From Eledone cirrhosa (taxonomy: Eukaryota): a DNA stretch of 64,000 nucleotides. Below, piece after piece: positions 13,170-26,554 of this stretch. Made by a program: the position numbers and the translations under genes. The stretch covers positions 255,006,001 to 255,070,000 of the forward strand of contig OZ024743.1 of assembly GCA_964016885.1 (NCBI GenBank), given 5' to 3'. Below the pieces are notes generated by a model. That model ran no database searches and had not been told where the DNA came from. It saw only the letters and a program-made list of their open reading frames with translations. Each line of letters opens with the position of its first letter. Position 1 is the first letter of the stretch.

Positions 13170-13790
13170 ATTTCCTGCAGTTGCCACATACCAAATTCTA
13201 CTCTGGAGAAGGTGAAATTCAGCTCAAGGTGTTCTTCTCCTTCATCTTCACCCACTTATTCAGGAGGGGGTCATGGGGGAAGTCCTCAAACATTTCTTCC
13301 AGTGGATCCTGTCAGAAGCAACCCTTTCTCACTGATACGGTTGGATCTCCAAGTGAGAACAGCCAAGCTCATGGATGTTATCCAACTATCTTGCTTGTTG
13401 TCTTCTCCACCTGCTTCAGAGGAACTCAATTCACATCACGAGTGCACTGCGCATGATTCCTTGAGGTATTTTGCAGCACTGATTTTCATTCCAGCCATGC
13501 AGCACTCAGCAGCAAACCTATCAATTGGAAATCATCTTCTGCTGTGTTAAGTAGCACCACGTCTGTAAATTCCAGTCGACTGATTTTACACCCACCAGTC
13601 GTGATACCACTTCCAATTCAGCTTTGCATGTCAATCCTGTTCATGCAAATAAAGAACAGGAGAAGTAATCATACACACCCTTTGTAGAGTTCAACTCTCA
13701 CATTGAATGGTTTCAATTTAGCACCATTTATCTGAACACAAATACTTGGGAATTTGTATAGAAACATCAGGGCAGCAAGAATCCTACAAT
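13170..13790 (-). mobile_element. RTE LINE (second family) 3' fragment with an internal deletion
   Basis: Minus strand encodes PFNVRVEL.KGCMITSPVLYL...DRFAAECCMAGMKISAAK...PLKQVEK, then jumps to the element 3' end. Confidence 0.7.
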
Positions 13791-13879
13791 CTTCAAATCA
13801 GTAATATTACCAAACCTTACTTATGGTCATGAATCTCAGGTAATGACCTACAGAGTATGATAGCAAATAAAAAATAGCC

Positions 13880-14215
13880 AAATTGGTTCTTACAAATTGT
13901 GTTTGGAGTAATGTTACTTGATAAAGTGCTTAGTTCAGGGATCAGAGAGTTACTCCATATAGAGCTGCTACTTCTCCAAATTGAGAGATCCCAGCACTGT
14001 TTCTATGGACATGTGATTACAATGTCTCAGGAAAGAATTGCTGGACATATTTTATTAGCAAAAGCAACCGGCTTGAGATCTAGGTGTAGAGCCTTAGCAA
14101 GATGGTTAAATAAAAACCATGAGCTTGACTGGTCTTGTTTGGGGATCCAGCTGGCTCAGTTGGAAAGGATTGCTTCTGACAGGACCTGCTGGAAGGATTG
14201 CTTGAGGAATAAGTG
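13880..14215 (+). mobile_element. RTE LINE (second family) 3' fragment
   Basis: ORF 13899-14267 IRELLHIELLLLQIERSQHCFYGHVITMSQERIA...RWL; inverted relative to 13280-13400. Confidence 0.75.
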
Positions 14216-14384
14216 GAAGAAGAAGATATATATATATATGTGTGTGTGTTTCTATGCATGTATATAAAAGTATTTACACACACATTCATATGTGCATGTT
14301 TAAGTGCTTGTTAAGCTTTGTTTGTAAATATATCAGATTTTGTAATGGTGGGCAGGGTGTAGTTCCTTATTCATTTGACAGTAT

Positions 14385-15055
14385 TGTTAAAGCATCGACA
14401 CCATGCTTTGCAGCATAGAGTTATGGCTCTTTACATTCTGAGTTCAAATCCCACCGAGGTTAACTTTGCTTTTCATCCTTACGGGGTCGATAAAATAATG
14501 TACCAGTAATGTACTGGGGTAATTGCTGGCCTTCTCCCTAAAGTCGAAATAATTATTACTGTTTGTTGTTTTTTAAAAAATGTTGTTATAGTCGTAAATT
14601 TTGGTTTTGAAAATCAGAATTACTATCCTTATTATTAAGGGCAGTGTTTTGGCAGTATAAGTAGAGCATTGCACAACATGCTTTGCTGCATATAGTTATA
14701 GCCCTTTACTTTCTGAGTTCATACCCCCCGAGGTTAGCTTTGACTTTCATACTTACAGTTTGATAATATAAATCACCAGTAATGCACTGGAGTCGATTTA
14801 ATCGACTTCCCCCTCCCACCTAATTGCTGGTCTTGTGCCTATATAAGAAACCATTATCATTATTAATAGAGCAGTGGCTTGGCAGAATTATTAGAATCCT
14901 GATGACATTCTCTGAAGTTCTGAGTTCATCTTTGCCTTTCATCCTTTCAAGGTCAATAAGATAAAGTCCCAGGCATGTACTGGGGTCAATGTAATTGACT
15001 TTTCCCCTCCCTCAAAAAATTGCTATCATTGTGCTTAAATTAGAAACCATTATTA
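14385..15055 (+). mobile_element. Three head-to-tail SINE family A copies
   Basis: Copies at about 14385-14556, 14636-14856 and 14868-15055, each with the family body and an (ATT)n tail. Confidence 0.85.
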
Positions 15056-15425
15056 TTATGATAATTGTTATTAATATTATTATCTAAATTCAATTTGAGC
15101 TGAAACATTACCAAAATCTGTCTAATGAAATATTTTCTGTGCATCATAATATGATGCAAAAATAAAATTTCATACAGCAGAATTAATTTTTTTTTTTTTT
15201 TTTGTGCTGGGGAATTAACGGTTTGTATGTTTAATTAATTTATATTAATTAAAATCTATATGTAGAGAGAGACCTGCTACAATAACATTCCAATATATAA
15301 AATATTGATTTGATTGCGTTTTTTCTTTAATTTTCTTTTTAATTATTAATTCCATTTTTATTTATTTATCTATTTTTTTGGACTTATTTTACTTTCGCAA
15401 TATTTTCATAAGGAGATGTACAGAC

Positions 15426-15562
<137 letters not shown>

Positions 15563-15743
15563 CAAAGTTTAGTATTTTATAGAGATTAAAATTGAAAAAT
15601 ATATTAATTGAATAAATTTATATTAACGTTCTTCATCTAAGTAATGACAAAGAAAAATAAACTAAAATATAAACATTTATATATATAGAAACACATACAC
15701 ATGTACCCTCACATGTATATGTGTGTACGTAAGTGTGTAGATT

Positions 15744-15796
<53 letters not shown>

Positions 15797-16119
15797 CTTA
15801 TTTTAAAGTTGTTCCAATATATTTAAACAATTAATTTTTACATATATGTTTATATTTGAGAGAAATATTGTTTTGTAAACTATTGAAAGGGAAATGTCAT
15901 TCCTAACACCACCCACCCACCCAATTTATATCACTACAGCATGCATCATTACTATTCAATTTGAACAACTAACAACATCCTTTTGCTGGTAATTTTATAC
16001 AATATTATGATACATTCTTTGGAATTTTTATATGGAGATATATATTAATAAGTTTGTATACACACAAACATATATATTGCATGAATTTGGATATATAGAA
16101 ATATTTATGTTTTTTCATA

Positions 16120-16412
16120 TACTGTTTTCTGTCATTAGATTACAACCATACTATGGTAATGCTGTGCTTTACTCAATCATATCAACCCAAGTATTTACTG
16201 TGTTAATGCCTGGTACTTATTTTATCAATCTCTTTTATATGAATATATACAATGGCCGACTGCCAATTATGTGTACCAAATTCCTTTCACAAGACATTGG
16301 TTAACCCCAGGCTACAGTAGAAGACACATGCTAAGGTACCATTCACTGGGACTGAACTCAGAATCATGTGGTTGCAGAGTGAACTCCTTAACCAGACAAC
16401 CATGCTGGTACC
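16120..16412 (-). mobile_element. Older tRNA-derived SINE family C
   Basis: tagaagacacatgctaaggt...gggactgaactcagaatcatgtggttg is the reverse complement of a tRNA head plus CORE-like motif; related pieces near 4330, 44400, 46140 and 46340. Confidence 0.7.
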
Positions 16413-16676
16413 TACATATACACGCATGGTGAATAAATACTTTGTGGTATTTCTTCTAATCTCTGCACCTGAGATTAAATCTTGCCTAGGTAAACTTTGC
16501 CTTAAATCATTTCAATGTTGATGCCAGTCAGTTCAGCAGGCTGGTAAAATTGTTATAGCATAATGCAAGATACATTGTTTTATCTGTTCCTAGTCTGTAT
16601 AGCATGAATTTAAATCCTACTTCTTGTCTCTGGAAAAGTGATGATATTCTTTGTTCCATGAGAGAATTATAACAGT

Positions 16677-16765
16677 CACTTGAAGAAGTCTGGAGAGTAC
16701 AAACGTTGTGACTATATCAACTAAGATGAGGTTACATTAGTCTGAATAAATCAGTGTATAATATA
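16677..16765 (+). repeat. Degenerate hammerhead-bearing pLTR-like fragment
   Basis: cac TTGAAGAAG tctggagagtac AAACGTT gtg: decayed CUGAAGA...GAAACGUU core closed by a CAC/GTG stem I. Confidence 0.4.
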
Positions 16766-17794
16766 TTAATATATATGAGTGTGTGCTGATGCCGCAACAC
16801 AATAATTCACAATAAAATGCTCACAGTACACAGCTTAAGGTTGATGGCATTAGGAAGGGGATCCAACCATAGAATCTGAGTAAAAAACTGAATGTGTGAG
16901 CAGGAAGTGGTCATCTAACCTGTCTAACCCATTCAACCATAATAAAAAATGCATTAAGCAGTGTTGATGATGATAACATATATATATATATAATTAAATT
17001 ATTGAGTGAGTGGGAAAGCGACTGAAGATATAGCGGTTCTATACGATAGCTTCATTTCAGTATTATATATATATATATAATACTGAAATATATATATATA
17101 TATCGACTCATTGTGCATATTCCAAATTTGGATCTAAAATACCAAAAACGGCGCACTTATACATATATTGTTATGGATTCAACGTTATTAATATCTTGTT
17201 TAAAAACACATAATCAAGTAGAACATTAAAATATTACATTACATTAGTAATATATAGTTCTAACAGGTAGGTTTTGCAATAAATGACAGGTTATATAAAT
17301 AAGAATATATATATATATATATCATTTAACATCCATTTTTTCATGCTAGTATGGGTTAGACAAGATGTCCCATTGTGAGACAAGTCAGATCATATGACTT
17401 TATTGCTCATCAAAAATCTTAAAGAACAACCTGGAAAATTGCAATGTATTAATTAGTTACAGAGAAAGCATATATACTACTAATTAGAAACAAGAAACAG
17501 ATACCCCTAATTAGAAACAAAGAGGAGAGATATTGTTAATTAGTGAGATAGAAGATATACTTCTAATTAGTAAAAGAGAGCAATGCTATTGTAAGAAGTA
17601 GTGACATTACTGAATATATAACAGTTAGTAGTAAATCAATTTGGTGCGTTGTCTCTAGAAACAATGCGTAGACACATGGTAGAGGATGATAGACAGATAA
17701 CAAAGAACTTTAGGTTGCCATGATATTAGAGAAGTAATTAGTTAGTAGTAGAAGTAGGAACTCTTCAGTCTGGCTGAGCATATAACAACATCTC

Positions 17795-18362
17795 TAAGGT
17801 TGGTGCCATGATAAAATATACTTAGTTCAATCTGTCATGTGATAGTGCTAGTGTCATGGTAAAATACACCCAGTACATTCTGTAAAGTGATAATTTTGGT
17901 GCTATGATAAAGTATACCCCGTTCATTCTGTAGAATTATAGGGTTAGTATGATAATGATTTCTAGTATAGGCACAAGGCCAGTAATTTGGGAGAAGGGAA
18001 AGTCGATTAAATCAACTCCAGTACGTTACTGGTCCTTTATTGTATCGACCCCGTAAGGATGAAATGCAAAGTTAACCTCGGCAGGATTTGAACTCAGACC
18101 ATAAAGTGCCGTAACTATGCTGCAAAGCATTGTGTCTGACTCTCTTCCAATACTGCCAATTCACCACCCTCAAAGGGTTAGAATAATAATAAATTTCACT
18201 CACTATACTCTGAAAAGTGGTAGAGATAGTGACAAAATAAAATGCACTCAGTTCACTCTGCAAAGTCATAGTGGTAGTGCCATTAATAAAATACACTCAG
18301 TAATTCATGTAAAGCGGTAATGCAGGTGACATGAGAAAATGCACCCAGTACACTCTGTTAGG
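17795..18362 (+). repeat. Tandem array of a ~48-bp RTE 3'UTR module, interrupted by a SINE A copy (17956-18170, minus strand)
   Basis: Units resembling ggtgccatgataaaatgcacccagtacactctgtaaagtg; SINE flanked by agggttagtatgataat / agggttagaataataat TSD. Confidence 0.75.
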
Positions 18363-19047
18363 TAAGTGGCCTTTGAATGGTTTTTCAGTTGTAGATACCA
18401 TGCAAAATATGGAGTGTATGAACAAGATGAGGCCTCTTTGACCATTCTAATCTTGGACTGTGACAAACCATCCAATCCATGCTAGTATGGAAAATAGGTG
18501 TAAAATGATGATGATAGTTTCTAGTTTTTGTTACGTACCTGAAGTTATGCATACTGTGTTAGTCTCTCATGATGATAGTATCATAGGTGGAATGAGGAAG
18601 AAGTAGAACATTATTAACATTTTGAATCTGCTGGCTCAATATTCTAGTCTCAATGTTGTTGAATATGTACACCTAGTCTGGTATTATTCTTTTCTGCCAA
18701 ACACTTCCCTTCTATTACCTACTCAGCTTTCTGCATAATCAGTAATTACTTTGCATGGTTGCTTTACCCTCAGTCTTGATTTTTGTCATGTTTGTACATA
18801 TATTCTCTTTTATTCCTTCAGGTTAAATCCTTTTGAGACCAACCCTGCCCTGATTTAATGAAATGAAACCATCCACTTTAATAAGGTTCTCTTTAATCAA
18901 AATCTTCCAACATAATTTTATGTAAAAACTTTTTGTTATGTTACAAATACTATCATTATAATGAAATAATAATTTGCGCAAATCCTGCTAAATTATTGAT
19001 TAATTGAAATAGAATGTATTTCTTTTGAAATCATCATCGTTTTTATT

Positions 19048-19472
19048 CTGAACGCCTTGCTTCCCTGGGCATGGATTCATAGAAGCTCCGACATCTTGCA
19101 ATGGACTTGGTAAACACCCACAAAGTTATTAACCATCTCGCCAACAACAACCCTGAGCACCTTTCTGATCTCCATGTGTCTAACACACATGGACATGCCT
19201 ACAAATTCAGAAAACAGCACAGCTCCCATGACTTTCTGAAACATTTTTTCACCCTTAGAATTGCTGAAGCATGGAACAAACTGCCTGCGTCAGTTGTTAG
19301 CTGCCAAGACACTGCATCCTTTAAAACCCTCATGATTCCCAAAATTCGCCAAAACTACACCTGTTCATTTTCCTGACGTTTGTACATTATCCTATGTACT
19401 ATACATACACTTTTGATGAGTTGTAGTGCACCTGAGCTCTGTACACAATATTTTCATTATTATTATTATTAT
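19048..19472 (+). mobile_element. CR1/L2-type LINE 3' end
   Basis: ORF 19101-19376 NTHGHAYKFRKQ...FFTLRIAEAWNKLPASVVSC..TASFK, a typical CR1/L2 C-terminus; (ATT)n tail. Confidence 0.85.
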
Positions 19473-20971
19473 TTACATTTCCATGCTGGCATGGATTGTA
19501 CAGGATGGATTGATACTTTATTTTACAGTTGAATGCCATTCACGAAGCCACCACTTTTAGTCACCTCATATGACACTAATGAATGTGGTGTACCTGTTCT
19601 AAAAGCTGGGATACATACGATACAAAAGAGTTAATATATGAATATCACTTTTCAGAGTACACTAATAAATTGCTTCAGTCATTGCTGGTGCTTCCCACTC
19701 ACTGGGGGTATGGTGGAGGCAATTGTCCACTTTACTCCCATTAAATCTTACTCTGGATGTAATAAAGCATTGTGTGGTGTAGTAAGGTGAGGTATAGTCT
19801 GTTGTACTAGTATAGTGTGGTGTAGTAAGGTGTGATATAATAAGGTATGAGTAGAAAGGTGTGGTATACTGTGATGTAGTCAAGAGTAGTGTAGAAGGGT
19901 GCTGTATAATGTAGTAAGGGGTTGTGTGGAGTAATATAGTCAAGTGTAACATGGGGGGGGGGGGGGTAGATAGAATAATTCATATATACTTAGAAGAAAA
20001 TTGGGGATGAGAAATTCAATATAGATGCTACATTAAAGCCATAGAAGAGATAATAACTTAACCAAAGAATGAAGAAAGACAAGAGATCATTTATTGAAGA
20101 AATAAAATGTATTAAATTCAACTAATTCATCGTTCGTCATTCTTCATTCTTTCCCATTAAGGAGGATTTGGCTGTCTTTTTATTTTTAGTTATTATGTTT
20201 TTTCTTTTTCTGCCTTTTCTTTCTGAAAATTCTTTCCTGGTACGTATTCTCTCATTATGGGTGTCAACTAAAATCTAATTTATTTTTGGCACATTCCTGA
20301 AAATTCCTGCAAAATTATTCAATTAAGGTATCAATAATTGGAATTTGATAATGATGGGTAATTAGAAAAGAGAAGAGCAAAAAAAAAAAAATGAACAAAG
20401 ATAAATATAAGAAAACAACCTAAAAATAAATAAATAATAAAAAATAAGAATCAATGATGAACACATAACGGAACCTATAGATATGTAAAAACAAAAAAAA
20501 AAAAATTGAAAAGAGAATATTGAATCGTGTTCTATTGAGTTTGGAAAGGCTAATATTTATTGGAAATAGCAGGTGAGGTCAATACATAATTATAGGTGAT
20601 AAATGTGGAAAATGATAGGAATCCACAAAAGTCAGGATTGTATTCAGAGAAAACAGTTGGGATAATTGGTGGTCGTCATTGTAATGTGGTAGGGATAGTT
20701 GTCACGGTGGAGGGAGGAGGGTAAGAGCGAAATAAGAAATATATAAGATAAGTAGAAATTTTCAGATTTTAGGACTCACAGGTTAGTAGAAACTTAATCA
20801 ATTAGATATATATATATATATCTTAATAATAAAAACAAAGTGTCACATGGCAGTAAATTTGTGATATTTTTTTTAAAATTCAGAGTTACTGTCATCTTAG
20901 ATGGGTTAGCTTCCTAATATGACTTTCTTCCTTTGTTGGCACTAAGTAACAATCTTTGTGCATACATATAT

Positions 20972-22290
20972 ATCATCATCATCATTGTTTAACGTCCATA
21001 TTCCTCGCTAGCATGGGTTAGACGGTTTTGTTCCATTTGATGCGGGAATGGTTGGGAGACCATGTCTCGCTTGCATAGAAGTGTCTCTGGCAGGTTACAG
21101 CTGGATGCCCATCCTAACACCAACCACATTTACAGTGTGGACTGGGAGCCCTTTTTATTATGTCTCCTACACGACCACCTTCCAGTATGGACGGAACGGG
21201 AAACAGAGAATGAGGTAGGGTGTACATTGGGTTACAAGGTGTTTATTGACTGTAGGTTTGTATGAAATGGCAGTCAGGTCTTCTGTACAACTGCATGGCG
21301 CCAAAGGTCTCGATCCAGTGTCATTGAGCAAGGTCAGTTTTTATCACCTCATCCCAGGTTTTTCTTGGTCTACCCACTCCATAGCTTCCATCAATTTTCA
21401 TTGCCCTGCACTTTTTTATACAGCTGCCGTCCTTCATACACATCACATGTCCATACCAACACAATCTCTTCTCCAGAACACAACATTTGATACCTCTTAT
21501 GCATAGTCTCTCTCGTAATTCATTTATGCTTCACTTTTCACACACATTACTATTACACATCCATCGGAGAATTCAAGCTTCATTTCTTTCTAATCTACGC
21601 AATTCTTCAGCACAGAACACCCAGCTCTCACTACCATGCAGTATCGCCATTTGTATACATGCATCATGCAATCTGCCTTTCAATGTTAGAGAAAAACTCC
21701 TTGTGGCCAACAGCAGTATTAGCTCTCTGAACTTTTTCCATCCTGCTCGAACTCTGGCTTCTATACTTTCAGAGCTCCCTCTTCCACTGCTGATTTTGTC
21801 ACCCAGGTAACGGAAAGTGTCTACTATTTCTATAGAACCATCTGGGTAGTTGAAGGAGATAGCATCCAGTGGGTCCTTGCTACTTACTGCACCTGAACAT
21901 CGGCCATATATAAAATCTACATTCTTAGATAGCTTCCCTGTGATCCCACTACATCTTTTATGTACCCATAGTTTCCACTTGAGACATAGAATGGAGTTTC
22001 TACCTAGTCCTTTCTTACACACTGAGCATGGCCATTTCCCAGAGGGTACCTGTGCCCTATTCTCTTTCCTACATACTAGAACCTTAGTCTTAGACAAGTT
22101 CATTCTAAAGCCTTTTGATTCAAGGCCATGCTTCCATGTTTGGAACTTCCTCTCTAGTTCAGCCATGGATTCAGCTATGAGAGTTAGCTCATCTGCATAT
22201 AGAAGTTCCCATGGGCAGCCAGTCTTAAATTCTTCTGTTATAGCCTGTAGGACAATAATAAACAGGAGGGGCCTCAGCCGGATGGCTGGT
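20972..22290 (-). mobile_element. RTE LINE 3' half with a PHD-like zinc finger inside the RT domain
   Basis: ORF 21573-22442: LLYADEL...WPCSVCKKG...WVHKRC...GRC...FRYLG...HGSESW...LERNE; 3' UTR and (ATG)n tail. Confidence 0.88.
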
Positions 22291-23082
22291 ACAGGTAAAA
22301 GAGTAAAAGAGTAATATATATTCAGAGAGAGAGAGGGAGAGGAGTAATAATGAATACAAATCCCGAATTTCAGAGCGGACTTGATAAAATTATTATATGT
22401 ATATACATACATGTACATTTTCTCATAACCTTTTCGAGGCATTTATGTTTGAAATATCTCAGTTTCAGCAGATCCATATATGGTTGAAAGCAGAAATTGT
22501 TTGTTTAAACTTTTAATCTGTGTTAGTAATGTGTGTGTGTGTGTGTGTATACCCATGTCCCCCCCCCCCCCCCCCCCATATATATATATGCATATATGCA
22601 TAATGTATACATATGTGTGCAGCATCTGTTTTGCAAGTTCGGTAGTAAAGATAGTAAAAAAATGAGAAAACAGTAAAATGAATGTTATTACAGGTAACCA
22701 TTTAAATGTATAAATGGATAAAGCTGTGAACTCAATATTTTGGACATTAGACCTTCCTCAAAAAGAAATGAATAAAATAGGGAACAAGGAGGTGTGAGAA
22801 GTAAAAAAAGAAATAAGATAAAAGAGGAAATATAGTTAAATGAGTTAAAACAATGAAAAGGAACAATGGTGGATATGGAATAAAGAGGGAGAGAGGTAAA
22901 AGTGCAGGGGTTGGTGAATATATTTGTTTTCTGGGTTGGCACAAGGATGTGGCCTCTCTCTGTGTTTTATGTATGTGTGTATATATATATGTTAAGTATT
23001 TCCGTAGAAAAGGTAAATGAAGAAGAGTGCTCTATGTATAGAAAAGAGCTATTTAATTACATAATAATTAACACAATATGAT

Positions 23083-23144
23083 TATTTCATTACCAAAGGT
23101 TTCAGGAAACTAGAAAATCCTTACCTTGTTCATCAGATGAAATA
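23083..23144 (-). ncRNA. Type I hammerhead ribozyme motif
   Basis: Minus strand reads TATTTCAT CTGATGA [stem II region] GAAACC TTT GGTA ATGAAATA: 8-bp stem I, intact core, GUA cleavage triplet; stem II partly deleted compared with the 26773 copy. Confidence 0.65.
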
Positions 23145-23777
23145 GTTATGTTTGATATATACATTTTGAAATTAATATCTATTAAAAATTAAAGTGAGGC
23201 TAAATTAAAATAACATCTTATAATGGAAAATATATATATATATATGCATATGCACAGATGCTTAAATATACATACATGCACACACACATAAACTTGCATG
23301 TGTGCATCTATGCGAACATCCATATATACACTCTTACATAGATATATAAATGCACCAGTGATATATACACATTCATACACATCCACACACGCACATACAT
23401 AAAATGAAAGACAGTATTTGGCTAGACAATCACAACATATATTTATTCACACACAAATATATAAACAGACACATTTATACAAACATACATACGCATATAT
23501 AAACACATACATACATATATATATATAGACACTCATACATCCATATATATAAACAAGTACATATATGCACATACACACACATACATACATATACAATGTG
23601 GACATACACATATATATATACATATTAGGCAGACAGGCATGCATAATATATATTTATAAATACACACAAGCATACATACAACACATTTACACATGCTTAT
23701 ATATATATATATATACATGCATACACTTACATATATGTACACATACATTCACACACACACAGATATATATATATACA

Positions 23778-23829
<52 letters not shown>

Positions 23830-23836
23830 GTATACA

Positions 23837-24966
23837 TATTCAATAAACATATATGTATACAAAATATACATATATACATATAAAAAACAGTACATACAAA
23901 ATGATATATTCACATACATATAAATGCATATATATACACATACACATGTAAGTTTATACATATAAAAAATAGATATATTAGCACTCAAAAATATTCATAC
24001 ATATCTATGAATATGTTAAGTATAATTTGCAGCGAGGAGTTTTCGATGCTATAATTAGGGATGACATAAGATTGAATAAAAATCATATGTAAGTGTCATA
24101 AGTATCTGAAATTAGAGAAAATTTAAACAACGATATGACGCACATGTCACTTCTTTCAGATATCCTGAAAAAAGAAAGCCATGGCACTGGCAAACAGAGT
24201 GTAGGAGATGGAACAAAGTGGAATACCATATGAAATTAATTGGTCCATTTTAGACCAATAAAAAAAAATACACAAAAGGTACAAAAATATACTTTATGCA
24301 TAAGCGAGAAATATAGAATTCTACAAAACCTGAAATCTCCAAATACTTGTCTTGATTCCAAAACTGAATTTTTCAGCGATTGCCTGCATATAAGATCACA
24401 TCTGTTTTCCTGTTGGATTAAAGATAGCATCAATTTTGACACACAACCACCCTGAACATATATTTTATTTATGAAAAAACATTAACACTAACTATCCTAA
24501 ATGTATATTCAATATGACCACATACATTTAGTTATACCCATAACACACAAAATACACTCACATTGACTATGATTACATGCTTTTGTTATACCTATAACTC
24601 TCATATATTAATTATTTTCAAATCTTTATTTCACTATGTGTACTCTATAAGACGAATCAAACACTCCTTCATTCTAATGATATATTTGACACATATAATT
24701 TCACATATTTATAACACTTACATATGATTTTTATTCAATCTTACTTCATCCCTAATTATAGCATCGAAAACTCCTCTCTGCAAATTATACTTAACATATT
24801 CATAGATATGTATGAATATTTTTGAGTGCTAATATATTTAACTTTTCTATGTATGAACTTATGTGTGTATATATAGACTTTTATATGTATGTGAATATAT
24901 TTTTTTGTATGTACAGTTTTTTATATGTATATATGCATGTTTTGTATACATCTAAGTTTATTAAAT
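23837..24966 (+). mobile_element. 5'-truncated Penelope-like element with inverted terminal segment (GIY-YIG C-terminal remnant, possibly Naiad-type)
   Basis: Inverted arms 23837-24114 and 24696-24966; internal frameshifted FKQRYDAHVTSFRY...YEINWSIL...TLCISEKYRIL...LDSKTEFFSDCLH. Confidence 0.7.
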
Positions 24967-25487
24967 ACTAGCCAAATTACCCACGCCTTGCTGTGTTTCA
25001 CACATTTTTTTTTTTGTAAGAAAATGATGATTGATTTTAAATCAGTGATATAACTTATGGAGAAAAACTCTGTATTTCAATATTACTCAATGTAAAATGT
25101 AATGCATGAAAAACTGGAAAGCATTATTTTTTGTAATATATCAATTCAAAATTACATTATCAAATCTTATTCTTATTTTCTTTCTTGTAAATAATTCTTT
25201 TTAAAATATCAATTGAAAACTTTTTGAATAGGCATCATATCTTGTCATTTACCTATGGTTTAAATTTCATATAAATCGAAGGGAAAAACTTTCAACAGGG
25301 GTTTTAAGCGAGGGTTTGAGTCCCCAGAGAACACTTTGTTTAAAATAAAATATACTTATCCAAGTACCTGGGCAATGTAGTTTCAGAATACATATGGTAT
25401 GGGGGTCTATCTCCAAAAGCATAGGAGAAGATTGTGGACAAACAAACAAACAGACAGGAACTACAACTTTATATATATATATATATA
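24967..25487 (-). mobile_element. Non-autonomous Helitron (Lep1-like layout)
   Basis: Minus-strand 3' end with a short GC hairpin followed by CTAG|T (24967-24971); (CAAA)n/cagac tract and (TA)n at the 5' end. Confidence 0.6.
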
Positions 25488-26414
25488 CATTGAACTAAAA
25501 CCTGTTGAGAAAGTGGCTTCCTTGTTCAATCATCTTACCAGAAGCCTGACATTATTTATGTAAGCGGACAGTACTTGATTTAGGAGCCGCAGAAACCCAA
25601 ATACTGGATTTTACCAACCTTCCAGGGGTCCAGGTAAATTTTCAAATCCCGAATTACTTGATCGTTTTTTTGGCTATGCGAATGATTGTTTAACCATAGT
25701 CTCAGTGTGTTTGGCGTTTAACGTTTGTTATAGCTCTGGTTCATCTGAACCATTGAGCACTTGCCTCACATCTCAGAGGTTGTTTTTCGTTATTTCGTGG
25801 GCCGAAATGCGAATCTCGATAATTTATGTTTGTATTTATCTCCGGACTCTAGCTATTGACCAGTTAATTTTCTTGATTTTTTAGTTGATTCTATTGACTG
25901 ATGAATAGCTTATGTTAATTTTAATCCTTCTGTTGAGAACTCTATTCGATTTGTGATGCTTTTGCATTCTTGCAAAAATATACACAACTGAATTTATTCG
26001 CCTGATATAGGGGCTGCCTCCCTTGCTGATCCCCACGTGGAGTCAGCAACATAGTCAGTCCTTGTATTAACATTGAACTAAAACCTGTTGAGAAAGTGGC
26101 TTCCTTGTTCAATCATCTTACCAGAAGCCTAACATTATTTATGTAAGCGGACGGTACTTGATTTAGGAGCCGCAGAAACCCAATTACTGGATTTTACCAA
26201 CCTTCCAGTGGTCCGGGTAAATTTTCAATACCCGAATTACTTGATCGTTTTTTTTGGCTATGCGAATGATTGTTTAACCATCGTCTCAGTGTGTTTGGCG
26301 TTTAACGTTTGTTAAAGCTCTGGTTCATCTGAACCATTGAGCACTTGCCTCACAGCTAGGAGGTTGTTTTTCGTTATTTCGTGGGCCGAAATGCGAATCT
26401 CGATAATTTATGTT

Positions 26415-26419
<5 letters not shown>
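25487..26419. repeat. Tandem 1.6-mer of a 583-bp unit inserted in (TA)n
   Basis: 25487-25835 is repeated at 26070-26419 with few differences; 235-bp unique middle. Confidence 0.95.
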
Positions 26420-26464
<45 letters not shown>

Positions 26465-26484
26465 GATGTATATATATATATATA

Positions 26485-26554
<70 letters not shown>

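Noticed and set aside
17021-17053. Additional decayed hammerhead-like strings (17021, 22735-22765, 27140-27170, 49300-49345)
   Set aside because: Core substitutions and missing stem I pairing; too degenerate to call individually
25895-25952. Possible SECIS (ATGA...GA) or canonical hammerhead in the 583-nt unit
   Set aside because: The stem register does not fit the SECIS quartet and no GAAA follows the stem
26008-26062. Possible HDV-like ribozyme (TCC-CCACGT-GGA)
   Set aside because: No P1/P1.1 GG or P2 partner found; explained as a simple hairpin
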